NCBI GenBank assembly: GCA_021159235.1
Contig: JAGGSF010000080.1
Span: 1-40,051, forward strand
DNA length: 40,051 bases
From: Deltaproteobacteria bacterium
GTDB lineage: Bacteria > Campylobacterota_A > Desulfurellia > JAGGSF01
Direction of reading: 5' to 3'
Shown here: positions 25,381 through 34,325 of the stretch, in pieces
Layout: every line of letters starts with the position of its first letter
Numbering within the stretch: position 1 is the stretch's first letter
Translations under genes and position numbers: made by a program
Notes under the pieces: generated by a model
Told to the model about the DNA's origin: nothing
What the model saw: the letters and a program-made list of their open reading frames with translations, nothing else
Databases searched by the model: none

Positions 25381-26019
25381 TTAGTTTTCCTTGCAGATGA
25401 TAGAGATTATCTTTTCTCTCAATCCTTCCAGTGTGTATGTGTAAGGATCTAAATGGGAAATTTCTGCGGCGATTCTGTCTTTGCCTAAGTCTCTTAGCCA
25501 TCTGGAAAAGTCGTTGTCCACCTTTCCCAACCTTATCCGGGCCTCAAAGATGTGAAAGTAAAGAGAACTCTTTGATATCTTCCTCAAGATTTCTTTAAAC
25601 TCTTTTAGGTTATGAGCAATATAAGGTGTGGGTAAGATAAATGTTTTGCAAGCCATGAAGTGAAATTCACTGCCTTCGGTACAATTTCTAACCGGTCTGT
25701 TTTTGTCTATGTGCTCTTCTAAGATTTCAATGAACCTATTTCTCAACTCTCTTATGCTTGGAAAGTCGACTATATCTACACTGCCGATTTCTTCTCCCAG
25801 GGTTTTTTCCTCCAGTACATCGCTGATCCAGTAGGCAAAATCATTGGCTGGTTCCGGTAGTAGATAATGGTGCTGTTCCAGGAACTTATGGGTGTGATAA
25901 AAGATGGAGGAATCAGGGACAACCTTTATTCCCTCCAGAAGTTCTATCACATTTTTAGATTTCTTGTTTAAAATTTCTACCAGGTTAAATTGGGTATGAA
26001 AGTAAAATGGTTCAGCCAT
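25381..26019 (-). CDS. Hypothetical protein (212 aa), no recognisable family
   Basis: The ORF fits exactly between otsA (stop, 1 nt, then ATG: TGAAATG) and the TreT-like gene. GGAAGAA SD. The predicted product is soluble, with no motif I can name. Confidence 0.65.
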   Translation of the reverse strand: MAEPFYFHTQFNLVEILNKKSKNVIELLEGIKVVPDSSIFYHTHKFLEQHHYLLPEPANDFAYWISDVLEEKTLGEEIGSVDIVDFPSIRELRNRFIEILEEHIDKNRPVRNCTEGSEFHFMACKTFILPTPYIAHNLKEFKEILRKISKSSLYFHIFEARIRLGKVDNDFSRWLRDLGKDRIAAEISHLDPYTYTLEGLREKIISIICKEN

Positions 26020-26020
26020 T

Positions 26021-27538
26021 TCAAATTTCTTCCAGACCAAGTTTAAAAATCTCGGATAAAATCTTAGCCGTCCAGCGATAGATGTTGTTTTCTTTTACAA
26101 TTTCTCTCATTCTCTGCATCCTCTTTTCCTTTTCCTCTTGGTCCATCTCCAGCGCCTTCTTTATCGTGTCTGCAAACTGGTCTGTGGCGAAAGGATTTAT
26201 AAGCAATGCTGTCTCAAGTTCTCGAGCAGAACCCGTAAATCTACTCAAAATTAAAACACCATCATTATCCCATCTGGATGCGACAAACTCCTTGGCAACG
26301 AGATTCATCCCGTCATGAAGGGAACTGACAATGCATACATCCGCCAAGCGATAGTAGTTTATCAGGTCTTGTTGACAGAAATGAGTCTTACGCAATATGA
26401 TAGGTTGCCAATCTTTGAACTGGTATTTTTCGTTGATTTCAACCATCAGGTGATATACCTCGTCATTATAGTTCTTGTACTGTTGAAGATGAATGCGAGA
26501 AAGGGGGCCTAATTGAAGAAAGGTGAAGCGACCGAGATACTGGGGATATTTTTCAAAAAATCTATCAATTGCCCTAAATCGTTCCAAGATACCCTTTGTA
26601 TAATCAATCCTATCTACACCTATACCTATAAACCTGTTCTTTAATCTGTAATCCCTTTTTATTCTTTTGATATTTTCCTCAACCTCTGGCTTTTTTGACA
26701 TATTTTCTATTCTTTCAAAATCCACACCTATGGGGAATGGTCTGATCAGTGTTTCCTTCTCACGATGAGTTACAGAAGATCTTTCCCGATCTACCTTTGC
26801 TTCAATGAAATGATCTACTGTATCTAAAAAATTTTGACAGTGATAGCGAATATGAAAACCTAACAGATCGTTTCCTAAAAGACCTTCTAATATTTCATTA
26901 CCCCAGGGACATATTCTGAATGTCTCTTCATTGGGCCAGGGAATATGCCAGAACTGAGCAACTGTAATATCCGGCCTTCTGTCTTTGAGAATTTTAGAAA
27001 GCAGGGCGAAATGATAATCCTGGATAAAAACAAAACCCTCATCTTCTCCCATCTCCTCCAGTACAATTTCGGCGAATTTTTCATTTACCTTCCGGTACAT
27101 ATCCCAGTCCGATTTTCTAAAAACAGGCATGGTGTAGGCATTGTGACAGAGTGGCCATAATCCTTCATTGGCAAATCCAAAATAATATCCATTTACTTCC
27201 TCTTTATTCAACCAGACCCTTCTCAGTGTATAACTGGGATTTTCTGGGGGAACCTGAATGTGGTCGTTTGAATCCACAACATCTTTGTCTGCTTCACCGG
27301 AGCCGTGGGCAACCCATGTTCCTCCACAGATCTGCATTACGGTGTTTAATGCCAGTGCCATGCCACTGACAGGCATAACGCACCTGATTTCATCTTCAAA
27401 GAATCTGTGAAGGTAGGGTTCTCTGTTGGATACAATTATAAACCTATATGATCCTATCTTTGTTTTGACTACTTCTCTTAACTTATCTTTATCCCATACC
27501 ACTTTTATTATTCTATTTGCTTTCTGGATAACTGTCAA
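26021..27538 (-). CDS. otsA: Alpha,alpha-trehalose-phosphate synthase (GT20)
   Basis: 505 aa. Contains FIIVSNREPY, GFANEGLWPLCH, the GT20 core, and DGMNLVAKEF. The only in-frame start upstream of the conserved N-terminus is TTG 27538, 1 nt after the thrC stop (GTG 27502 is the alternative). Confidence 0.88.
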   Translation of the reverse strand: MTVIQKANRIIKVVWDKDKLREVVKTKIGSYRFIIVSNREPYLHRFFEDEIRCVMPVSGMALALNTVMQICGGTWVAHGSGEADKDVVDSNDHIQVPPENPSYTLRRVWLNKEEVNGYYFGFANEGLWPLCHNAYTMPVFRKSDWDMYRKVNEKFAEIVLEEMGEDEGFVFIQDYHFALLSKILKDRRPDITVAQFWHIPWPNEETFRICPWGNEILEGLLGNDLLGFHIRYHCQNFLDTVDHFIEAKVDRERSSVTHREKETLIRPFPIGVDFERIENMSKKPEVEENIKRIKRDYRLKNRFIGIGVDRIDYTKGILERFRAIDRFFEKYPQYLGRFTFLQLGPLSRIHLQQYKNYNDEVYHLMVEINEKYQFKDWQPIILRKTHFCQQDLINYYRLADVCIVSSLHDGMNLVAKEFVASRWDNDGVLILSRFTGSARELETALLINPFATDQFADTIKKALEMDQEEKEKRMQRMREIVKENNIYRWTAKILSEIFKLGLEEI

Positions 27539-27539
27539 T

Positions 27540-28913
27540 CTATCTCAGTGCATGTTGTTCGATAAATGTTTTCACTTTCTTAATGGAAGCATCGATAACG
27601 GTAAATCTCTCTTTCTTTTTCTCTATATCTTGTAGAGAAGGTGGTATGGGTGGAAACATACCTATACTTTCTTTTACAGGTTTTTGAAATTTTGCAGGAT
27701 GGGCGGTAGCTAAACAGATTAGTGGTTTTTCCTTATCTCTAAGTTTTCTTCCCACCCTCACTCCAACTGCAGTATGAGGATCGAGAATGTATCCCGTTTC
27801 TCTGTAAAAGTCTCTTATCTCTTCTATTGTTTCAGTTTCTGAAGCCTTTGCAGAGAGGAAATCTACTTGAACTGTTTGTAACCTCTGTTTGTCTATCTTT
27901 ATCTCTCCATATTTAGAAAATGTGTCCATCAGTTGTCTTACTTTTTCACCGTCTTCATCAAACAGGTAATACAGGTAACGCTCAAAATTGCTGGCTATCT
28001 GTATATCCATGGAGGGGCTTATGGTATTTACAACCTTGCCCTTTTTGTAGATGCCCGTGTTTACGAATTTTGACAGTATATCATTTTCATTCGTAGCGAG
28101 GATGAGTTTGTCTATATTGAGCCCCATTCTTTTGGCTATAAAACCAGCAAAGATATTACCGAAATTGCCCGTGGGAACACTGAAGTAAACAGAACCTTCA
28201 GTGGAAATCTGAAAATAGGCGTAAAAATAGTAGATGATTTGAGCTAAAATGCGCGTCCAGTTTATGGAATTTACTGCTCCCAACATGTATTTTTTCTTAA
28301 ACTCACTGTCGGAGAATATCTTTTTTACAATGTACTGGCAGTCATCAAATGAACCCTTTATAGCAATACAGAATACATTTTTGTCTTTTACCGTAGTCAT
28401 CTGTTTTTGCTGGATGGGACTGACCTTTCCATAGGGGTAAAGGATGAATATATTCATATTCTTCTTACCCTTAATTCCTTCTATGGCTGCACTGCCTGTA
28501 TCACCGGATGTAGCTCCCAGTATATTCATCTTTTTCCCCTCTTCCTGCAAAATGTATTCAAATAGATTACCCAGAAATTGGAGGGCGATATCTTTAAAAG
28601 CAAGTGTTGGTCCATGGAATAGTTCTGCAATATATATACCGGCTTTTTTTACCACCGGCACAATCTTCTCCGTATCAAAAGAAGAATAACTCTTCTGAAT
28701 AAGTCTCCATAGTGTGTTTTCCTCTATCTCATCGCCGATATACATCTTCATTAGATAAAGTGCCAGCTCTTTAAAATTGAGCGAAGAAAGGTTCTCTTCA
28801 ACAACGGGGATATACTGAGGAACGAGTAAACCACCATCATCAGCAAGCCCCATCTTCACTGCTTGTATGAATGAGATATTCTTTACTTTGCTCCTTGTGC
28901 TTTTGTAAAGCAT
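27540..28913 (-). CDS. thrC: Threonine synthase (long, E. coli/plant-type)
   Basis: 457 aa. N-terminal YKSTRSK...SFIQAVKMGLADDGGLLVP, the PLP-lysine motif FHGPTLAFKD, and ATSGDTGSAA. Confidence 0.88.
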   Translation of the reverse strand: MLYKSTRSKVKNISFIQAVKMGLADDGGLLVPQYIPVVEENLSSLNFKELALYLMKMYIGDEIEENTLWRLIQKSYSSFDTEKIVPVVKKAGIYIAELFHGPTLAFKDIALQFLGNLFEYILQEEGKKMNILGATSGDTGSAAIEGIKGKKNMNIFILYPYGKVSPIQQKQMTTVKDKNVFCIAIKGSFDDCQYIVKKIFSDSEFKKKYMLGAVNSINWTRILAQIIYYFYAYFQISTEGSVYFSVPTGNFGNIFAGFIAKRMGLNIDKLILATNENDILSKFVNTGIYKKGKVVNTISPSMDIQIASNFERYLYYLFDEDGEKVRQLMDTFSKYGEIKIDKQRLQTVQVDFLSAKASETETIEEIRDFYRETGYILDPHTAVGVRVGRKLRDKEKPLICLATAHPAKFQKPVKESIGMFPPIPPSLQDIEKKKERFTVIDASIKKVKTFIEQHALR

Positions 28914-28918
28914 ACTAT

Positions 28919-28947
28919 AAATTAGTGGGAACGTAGTTTAAAGTCAA
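28919..28947 (-). promoter_or_regulatory. Promoter candidate abutting the thrC start codon (possible leaderless transcript)
   Basis: Minus strand: TTGACT (28947-28942), 17 nt, TAATTT (28924-28919), then 5 nt to the ATG at 28913. No SD. Confidence 0.3.
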
Positions 28948-28955
28948 TCTATTCA

Positions 28956-28984
28956 TTGACAAAAATACTGAATATGGATAGATT
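28956..28984 (+). promoter_or_regulatory. Sigma70-like promoter candidate for tRNA-Leu(CAG) (and probably metK-ahcY)
   Basis: TTGACA (28956-28961), 17 nt, TAGATT (28979-28984), 9 nt upstream of the mature tRNA 5' end. Confidence 0.45.
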
Positions 28985-28993
28985 AATTGAAAG

Positions 28994-29079
28994 GCCGAAG
29001 TGGCGGAATTGGTAGACGCGCTAGATTCAGGATCTAGTGGAGGTTTTTCTCCGTACGGGTTCGAGTCCCGTCTTCGGCA
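28994..29079 (+). tRNA. tRNA-Leu (anticodon CAG)
   Basis: GCCGAAGTGGCGGAATTGGTAGACGCGCTAGATTCAGGATCTAGTGGAGGTTTTTCTCCGTACGGGTTCGAGTCCCGTCTTCGGCA is a class II tRNA with a long variable arm. The anticodon loop is TTCAGGA and the discriminator is A. No CCA is encoded. Confidence 0.9.
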
Positions 29080-29109
29080 TTTATTTTTATCAGGCAAGAG
29101 GAGAAAAGG

Positions 29110-30267
29110 ATGAAAGAGAGCTTCTTATTTACTTCAGAATCTGTGTGTGAAGGTCATCCAGATAAAGTGGCAGATCAAATCTCTGATGCAATCTTAGACG
29201 CCATAATAAAGGATGATAAAAACTGTCGTGTGGCCTGTGAGACGCTGCTTACCAGGGGTATAGTATTTGTGGCGGGAGAAATTACAACTACCGCTTATGC
29301 TGATATTCCTGAGATTGTTCGAGAGGTGGCAGAAGATGTCGGATATACGGATGCCTCTTATGGATTTGACTATCATTCCTGTGGCATAATAACATCCATT
29401 CACACTCAATCACCGGACATTGCAATGGGAGTAAATAAAGGCCACGGTGTTCTGGGTGCTGGAGACCAGGGAATGATGTTTGGCTATGCTACCGATGAAA
29501 CCCCCGAATACATGCCTGCAACCATTGCTTATGCTCATAAAATTGCTAAAAGACTGGCGGAAGTGAGAAAAAAGGGTATACTTCCTTACCTGCGTCCGGA
29601 TGGTAAATGCCAGGTATCTATCCGCTATTTAAATCATAAACCAGAAAAGGTGACAGCGGTGGTTGTTTCTGCTCAACATAGCCCGAAGATAGAAATGGAG
29701 AAATTGCGCAAGGATATTCTGGAATATGTAATAGAGTATATTATTCCCAAGGACAGGTGGGATGAAAATATAAAGATCTACATAAACCCCACCGGCAGAT
29801 TTGTAGTGGGAGGACCGCAGGCAGATACCGGTCTTACAGGCAGGAAGATTATTGTAGATACATATGGTGGTGTGGGTTCCCACGGTGGAGGATGCTTCTC
29901 TGGAAAAGACCCCACGAAGGTTGATAGATGTGGATCATATATGGCACGCTATGTGGCAAAAAACATTGTTGCTGCAGGATTGGCAAAGAGTTGTGAGGTG
30001 CAAATTGCCTATGCCATTGGTGTGGCGGAACCCGTTTCTCTCATGCTGCATACCTATGGAACGGGCATCATGCCTAAGGAAGAGATAAGAAAGTTGATTC
30101 TATCTACTTACGATTTAACGCCTGCCGGTATTATAAAAAAACTGGATCTTTTAAGACCCATATACAGGAAAACTGCTGTTTATGGCCATTTCGGTAGAGA
30201 TGATGAGGATTTTACATGGGAAAAAACAGATACAGCAGAAATTTTGAGGAAAAAGGCAGGGATATGA
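29110..30267 (+). CDS. metK: S-adenosylmethionine synthase
   Basis: 385 aa. Motifs [29 protein letters not shown] and [22 protein letters not shown]. Confidence 0.95.
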   Translation: MKESFLFTSESVCEGHPDKVADQISDAILDAIIKDDKNCRVACETLLTRGIVFVAGEITTTAYADIPEIVREVAEDVGYTDASYGFDYHSCGIITSIHTQSPDIAMGVNKGHGVLGAGDQGMMFGYATDETPEYMPATIAYAHKIAKRLAEVRKKGILPYLRPDGKCQVSIRYLNHKPEKVTAVVVSAQHSPKIEMEKLRKDILEYVIEYIIPKDRWDENIKIYINPTGRFVVGGPQADTGLTGRKIIVDTYGGVGSHGGGCFSGKDPTKVDRCGSYMARYVAKNIVAAGLAKSCEVQIAYAIGVAEPVSLMLHTYGTGIMPKEEIRKLILSTYDLTPAGIIKKLDLLRPIYRKTAVYGHFGRDDEDFTWEKTDTAEILRKKAGI

Positions 30268-31523
30268 TAATGGATTATCACATAGCGGACTTGAGCTTAT
30301 CCTCTTCAGGTGAGAGAAGGATAGAATGGGCAGAAAAAGAAATGGGGGTGTTGAGATTAATAAAAGAGCGCTTTCAGAAGGAAAAACCACTATCTGGTTT
30401 GCGTATTTCAGCCTGCCTGCATGTAACTACCGAGACGGCAAATCTGGCTCTTACCCTGAAGGCTGGAGGGGCAGAGGTTTACCTGTGTGCTTCTAACCCG
30501 CTTTCCACCCAGGATGATATAACAGCGGCTTTAGTAAAGAATGGAGTTGCTGTTTTTGCCATAAGAGGGGAAGATAGAGATACATATTACAATCATATAA
30601 ACGAAGTTCTGGACAGAAAGCCACATATTACAATGGATGATGGGGCAGATCTTACCTCTGTCATCCACAGGGAAAGAAAAGATCTGGCAGGTAACATCCT
30701 GGGTGGTTCAGAAGAAACAACAACGGGAGTTATTAGATTAAGAAGTTTGGAGAAAAAGGGCCTGCTTTTATTTCCTCTGATAGCAGTAAATGACGCTAAT
30801 ACAAAACATCTTTTTGACAACCGCTATGGCACAGGACAAAGTGCAATAGATGGTATTATCAGGGCAACAAACAGATTGATTGCAGGTTCCACCTTTGTTG
30901 TGTGCGGATATGGTTGGTGTGGCAAAGGAATTGCCAAAAGAGCGCAAGGGTTGGGAGCAAATGTTATTGTTACTGAAGTAAATGCATTGAATGCATTAGA
31001 AGCAGTGATGGATGGTTTCAGGGTTATGCCCATCGCGGAGGCAGCTAAAATCGGTGATTTCTTCTGCACTGCAACGGGGAATACCAATGTGATTACTAAG
31101 GAACACTTTGAATTGATGAAAGATGGGGCAATTTTAGCCAATGCGGGACACTTTGATGTGGAAATAGATGTGCGAGGATTGAAGGAGAAAGCGATAGGAT
31201 TTAGAAAGATTAGAAAATCTGTTGATGAGTATACATTACCATCCGGCAGGAAGATATACCTCTTAAGTGAAGGAAGATTGGTGAATTTAGCTGCGGCTGA
31301 GGGACATCCATCCGCCGTTATGGATATGAGTTTTTCTAACCAAGCTCTATGTGCAGAGTTTTTAGCAAAATCAGGTGAAAAGCTGGAAAAGAAGGTATAT
31401 CCTGTTCCTTTCGATATTGATAAAAAGGTAGCACAACTAAAACTGGATGCAATGAATGTTTCTTATGACAGTTTAACGGAGGAGCAGGAAAAATACCTCT
31501 CCTCCTGGGAAATGGGAACTTAG
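30264..31523 (+). CDS. ahcY: Adenosylhomocysteinase
   Basis: Contains [35 protein letters not shown] and the NAD-binding [11 protein letters not shown] chose the ATG at 30264 because it overlaps the metK stop (ATGA). The track start at 30216 lies 52 nt inside metK. Confidence 0.92.
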   Translation: MIMDYHIADLSLSSSGERRIEWAEKEMGVLRLIKERFQKEKPLSGLRISACLHVTTETANLALTLKAGGAEVYLCASNPLSTQDDITAALVKNGVAVFAIRGEDRDTYYNHINEVLDRKPHITMDDGADLTSVIHRERKDLAGNILGGSEETTTGVIRLRSLEKKGLLLFPLIAVNDANTKHLFDNRYGTGQSAIDGIIRATNRLIAGSTFVVCGYGWCGKGIAKRAQGLGANVIVTEVNALNALEAVMDGFRVMPIAEAAKIGDFFCTATGNTNVITKEHFELMKDGAILANAGHFDVEIDVRGLKEKAIGFRKIRKSVDEYTLPSGRKIYLLSEGRLVNLAAAEGHPSAVMDMSFSNQALCAEFLAKSGEKLEKKVYPVPFDIDKKVAQLKLDAMNVSYDSLTEEQEKYLSSWEMGT

Positions 31524-31867
31524 GATTTTTTGGGAAGCAGGGCTACAATGATTAGTCCCACTATCTGGAGCCAGAATCCTGCTCCCAGCCACATCCAGAA
31601 GTTTCTCTTCTTCAGCAGTGCCACTATCCCACAGATTACTCCAAATATTATTCCCCAGACCAGAACGCCCATACCGAGATTGGATGATTGAAACAGAGAA
31701 CTCTGGGGTACGGTTATACCCAACTCTCCATGAAGAACATGGGCAATCTCTTCACCACCTGTCATAATAAGGATGAAGGCGATCATAAGTCCTAATATGA
31801 ACAAGCACACTCCCCATACTGTATAATGACGCTTCCAGTTAACCGTATCTTCCTTTACCGCTTCCAT
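31520..31867 (-). CDS. Small integral membrane protein, unknown function
   Basis: 115 aa with about 3 predicted TM helices. GGAGG SD. Its stop codon overlaps the ahcY stop (TTAG read on both strands). Confidence 0.55.
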   Translation of the reverse strand: MEAVKEDTVNWKRHYTVWGVCLFILGLMIAFILIMTGGEEIAHVLHGELGITVPQSSLFQSSNLGMGVLVWGIIFGVICGIVALLKKRNFWMWLGAGFWLQIVGLIIVALLPKKS

Positions 31868-31962
31868 GGCCCCTCCTTATATAAGATTACTTGGTTTCAA
31901 TTATATAATGAAAGTTTTTTTAAAGCAAGTTGTTAATGGTTGACAAATGTTCTGAGGTTTGC

Positions 31963-31990
31963 TTGACAAACAAATTTGCTTGAATATATT
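31963..31990 (+). promoter_or_regulatory. Sigma70-like promoter candidate for the tRNA-Gly/Cys/Leu cluster
   Basis: TTGACA (31963-31968), 16 nt, TATATT (31985-31990), 11 nt upstream of the tRNA-Gly 5' end. A second TTGACA lies at 31940-31945. Confidence 0.45.
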
Positions 31991-32001
31991 AAGAATGCAA
32001 T

Positions 32002-32074
<73 letters not shown>

Positions 32075-32079
32075 CTATT

Positions 32080-32150
32080 GGCGGCGTAGCCAAGTGGTAA
32101 GGCACGGGTCTGCAAAACCCTGATCCCCGGTTCGAATCCGGGCGCCGCCT
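32080..32150 (+). tRNA. tRNA-Cys (anticodon GCA)
   Basis: GGCGGCGTAGCCAAGTGGTAAGGCACGGGTCTGCAAAACCCTGATCCCCGGTTCGAATCCGGGCGCCGCCT. The anticodon loop is CTGCAAA and the U73 discriminator is the Cys identity element. Confidence 0.9.
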
Positions 32151-32161
32151 CCTGTAGAAAG

Positions 32162-32249
32162 GCCGGGGTGGCGGAACTGGTAGACGCAAGGGACTTAAAA
32201 TCCCTTGAGACTTTGTCTCGTGCGGGTTCAAGTCCCGCTCCCGGCACCA
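32162..32249 (+). tRNA. tRNA-Leu (anticodon UAA), CCA encoded
   Basis: GCCGGGGTGGCGGAACTGGTAGACGCAAGGGACTTAAAATCCCTTGAGACTTTGTCTCGTGCGGGTTCAAGTCCCGCTCCCGGCACCA is a class II tRNA with the anticodon loop CTTAAAA. The 3' CCA is at 32247-32249. Confidence 0.9.
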
Positions 32250-32341
32250 GCATTCCCTGGTATTTGTCATTATATTGCTTTTTTTCGCACTTTGTGTATA
32301 CTTATGCGTGCGTGTTTAAGAGGTGAAATGGAGGTTTTGAA

Positions 32342-32584
32342 ATGAGGGTGGTAGTATTTACAGGTCCTGGATGCCCATGGTGTAAGAAGGTGAAAGATTA
32401 TCTAAAGAGAAACCACATTTCTTTTAAAGAAGTAGATGTGTCGAGAAACGCAAGTGCACAGAGAGATATAATAAGAATGACAGGACAGATGGGTGTTCCT
32501 GTAGTTCTAATCGGCTCAAGAGCTGTGGTAGGTTTTAATAAGAGTAAAATTGATAAACTATTAGGGTTGAGGAAACAGGCATGA
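32342..32584 (+). CDS. Glutaredoxin-like protein (YruB/NrdH-like, CPWC active site)
   Basis: 80 aa. [21 protein letters not shown]...GVPVVLIG indicates a thioredoxin fold. GGAGG SD. Confidence 0.75.
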   Translation: MRVVVFTGPGCPWCKKVKDYLKRNHISFKEVDVSRNASAQRDIIRMTGQMGVPVVLIGSRAVVGFNKSKIDKLLGLRKQA

Positions 32585-33882
32585 TCTACGATGATGAGAT
32601 GGAAACACTACCCCGGGAAGCATTGGAAGCATTGCAGTTGAAAAGATTGAAGGCACTGCTGGAGAGGGTCTATGCAACGGTGCCTTTTTACAGAAGGAGA
32701 TTTGATGAATGTGGTGTAAAACCGGAGGATGTAAACAGTCTTTCTGATTTAAGAAAATTACCTTTTACTACCAAGGATGATTTAAGAGAAAACTATCCCT
32801 TTAATATGCTTGCTGTGCCTATGGAACAGGTAATAAGAATTCATGCTTCAAGTGGAACCACAGGCAAACCCACTGTTATTTGCCATTCAAGAAGGGATAT
32901 AGAAATATGGGCTAATTTAATGGCACGCTCCCTTATGGCAACGGGGGTTACAAAGGGAGACAGTATTCAAAATGCATATGGATATGGTCTGTTTACAGGT
33001 GGCTTAGGTGTCCACTATGGAGCAGAAAAGATTGGAGCGGCGGTAATACCTATGTCGGGGGGAAACACAAAACTGCAGATACAGGTTATGCACGATTTCA
33101 AACCCACTGTTTTAACCTGCACTCCATCTTATTCTCTCTATCTGGGTGAGATGGCAGAGGAGATGGGCTACAGTAAAGATGATATTTATTTAAGAATAGG
33201 TGTTCTGGGAGCAGAACCGTGGAGTGAAGGTATCCGCAGACAGATAGAAGAAAAGTTGGGGATAGATGCTCTGGATATCTATGGATTGAGCGAGATGATG
33301 GGACCGGGGGTAGCCATTGAATGTAAAGAGGCAAAACACGGCTTACATATCTGGGAAGACCATTTTATCCCTGAAATTATCAACCCCGATACCGGTGAAG
33401 TTTTGCCAGAAGGTGAAGAGGGAGAACTGGTTATAACCACGCTTACTCGTGAGGCAACACCTCTTATAAGATATAGGACAAGGGATATCACCTCTATAAT
33501 TAAAGAACCCTGTATATGCGGTAGAACACACAGGCGTATTGCCCGTATCAGTGGAAGAACAGATGATATGCTGATCATAAGAGGAGTAAATGTCTTTCCC
33601 TCTCAGATAGAACAGGTGCTGATGCAGGTTGAAGGGGTAGAACCGCACTATCAACTGATATTAGACAGCGAAAAGGGTCTGACTACACTGGAGGTAAGGG
33701 TAGAGGTAAGTGAAGGTATTTTCTCTGACGAGGTGAAAAGATTGGAGAATTTGAAAAACAAAATTCAAGCAGAAATAAAGGAACACTGCATGATAACAGC
33801 AAAGGTGACCTTAGCAGAACCAAAGAGTATTGAGCGCAGTGCGGGTAAGGCAAAGAGGATAATTGACAGAAGAAAAACATAG
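32581..33882 (+). CDS. paaK: Phenylacetate-CoA ligase family (PaaK-like aryl/acyl-CoA ligase)
   Basis: 433 aa. N-terminal [34 protein letters not shown] and the adenylation motif [10 protein letters not shown] are typical PaaK architecture. ATGA overlap with the glutaredoxin-like gene. Confidence 0.85.
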   Translation: MIYDDEMETLPREALEALQLKRLKALLERVYATVPFYRRRFDECGVKPEDVNSLSDLRKLPFTTKDDLRENYPFNMLAVPMEQVIRIHASSGTTGKPTVICHSRRDIEIWANLMARSLMATGVTKGDSIQNAYGYGLFTGGLGVHYGAEKIGAAVIPMSGGNTKLQIQVMHDFKPTVLTCTPSYSLYLGEMAEEMGYSKDDIYLRIGVLGAEPWSEGIRRQIEEKLGIDALDIYGLSEMMGPGVAIECKEAKHGLHIWEDHFIPEIINPDTGEVLPEGEEGELVITTLTREATPLIRYRTRDITSIIKEPCICGRTHRRIARISGRTDDMLIIRGVNVFPSQIEQVLMQVEGVEPHYQLILDSEKGLTTLEVRVEVSEGIFSDEVKRLENLKNKIQAEIKEHCMITAKVTLAEPKSIERSAGKAKRIIDRRKT

Positions 33883-33891
33883 GAGAATGCC

Positions 33892-34323
33892 ATGATTGTA
33901 AACCAGGTATCCGTATTTTTGGAAAACAGAGCAGGAAGACTGCTGGAGGTAACAAAGCTTTTAGGAGAGAATAACATAAATATAAGGGCGTTGTGTGTTG
34001 CCGATACTTCAGATTTTGGCATTCTACGCATGATCGTTGATGATACAGATAGAGCAATATCTATCTTAAGGGATGCAAATTTTTCGGTTGCCAAGACACC
34101 TGTTATTGCGGTAAAGGTAACCGATAAACCCGGCGGATTAGCTCATACCTTAGATGCTTTTCTTAAAGCAGGATTAAATGTGGAATATACATACGCTTCT
34201 TTAACCCGTGAAAAAGACAAGGCCATACTCATCTTTAAGATAGAAGACATTAAACAGGCAATAGACAGACTCTCTCAACAGAATATAGAGGTTTTGACAG
34301 AGAAAGAGGTAAAAAACTTGTAG
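33892..34323 (+). CDS. ACT domain protein (tandem ACT)
   Basis: 143 aa. MIVNQVSVFLENRAGRLLEVTKLLGENNINIRAL... is followed by a second ACT-like half. This protein is a usual downstream companion of PaaK-like ligases in anaerobes. AGGAGAA SD. Confidence 0.8.
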   Translation: MIVNQVSVFLENRAGRLLEVTKLLGENNINIRALCVADTSDFGILRMIVDDTDRAISILRDANFSVAKTPVIAVKVTDKPGGLAHTLDAFLKAGLNVEYTYASLTREKDKAILIFKIEDIKQAIDRLSQQNIEVLTEKEVKNL

Positions 34324-34325
34324 GG

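Noticed and set aside
24158-25501. The long (447-aa) form of the TreT-like gene starting at ATG 25501
   Set aside because: It would overlap the upstream 212-aa ORF by 121 nt and add an Arg-rich, low-complexity N-terminus. The ATG at 25378 begins the conserved TreT-like N-terminus and fits the operon spacing.
28915-29097. A 60-aa minus-strand ORF between thrC and metK
   Set aside because: It is the antisense shadow of tRNA-Leu(CAG). It has no SD, and its composition is driven by the GC-rich tRNA.
30216-30263. The upstream start for ahcY, 52 nt inside metK
   Set aside because: The extension ([16 protein letters not shown]) is not part of conserved AhcY. The ATG at 30264 forms the ATGA coupling junction with the metK stop.
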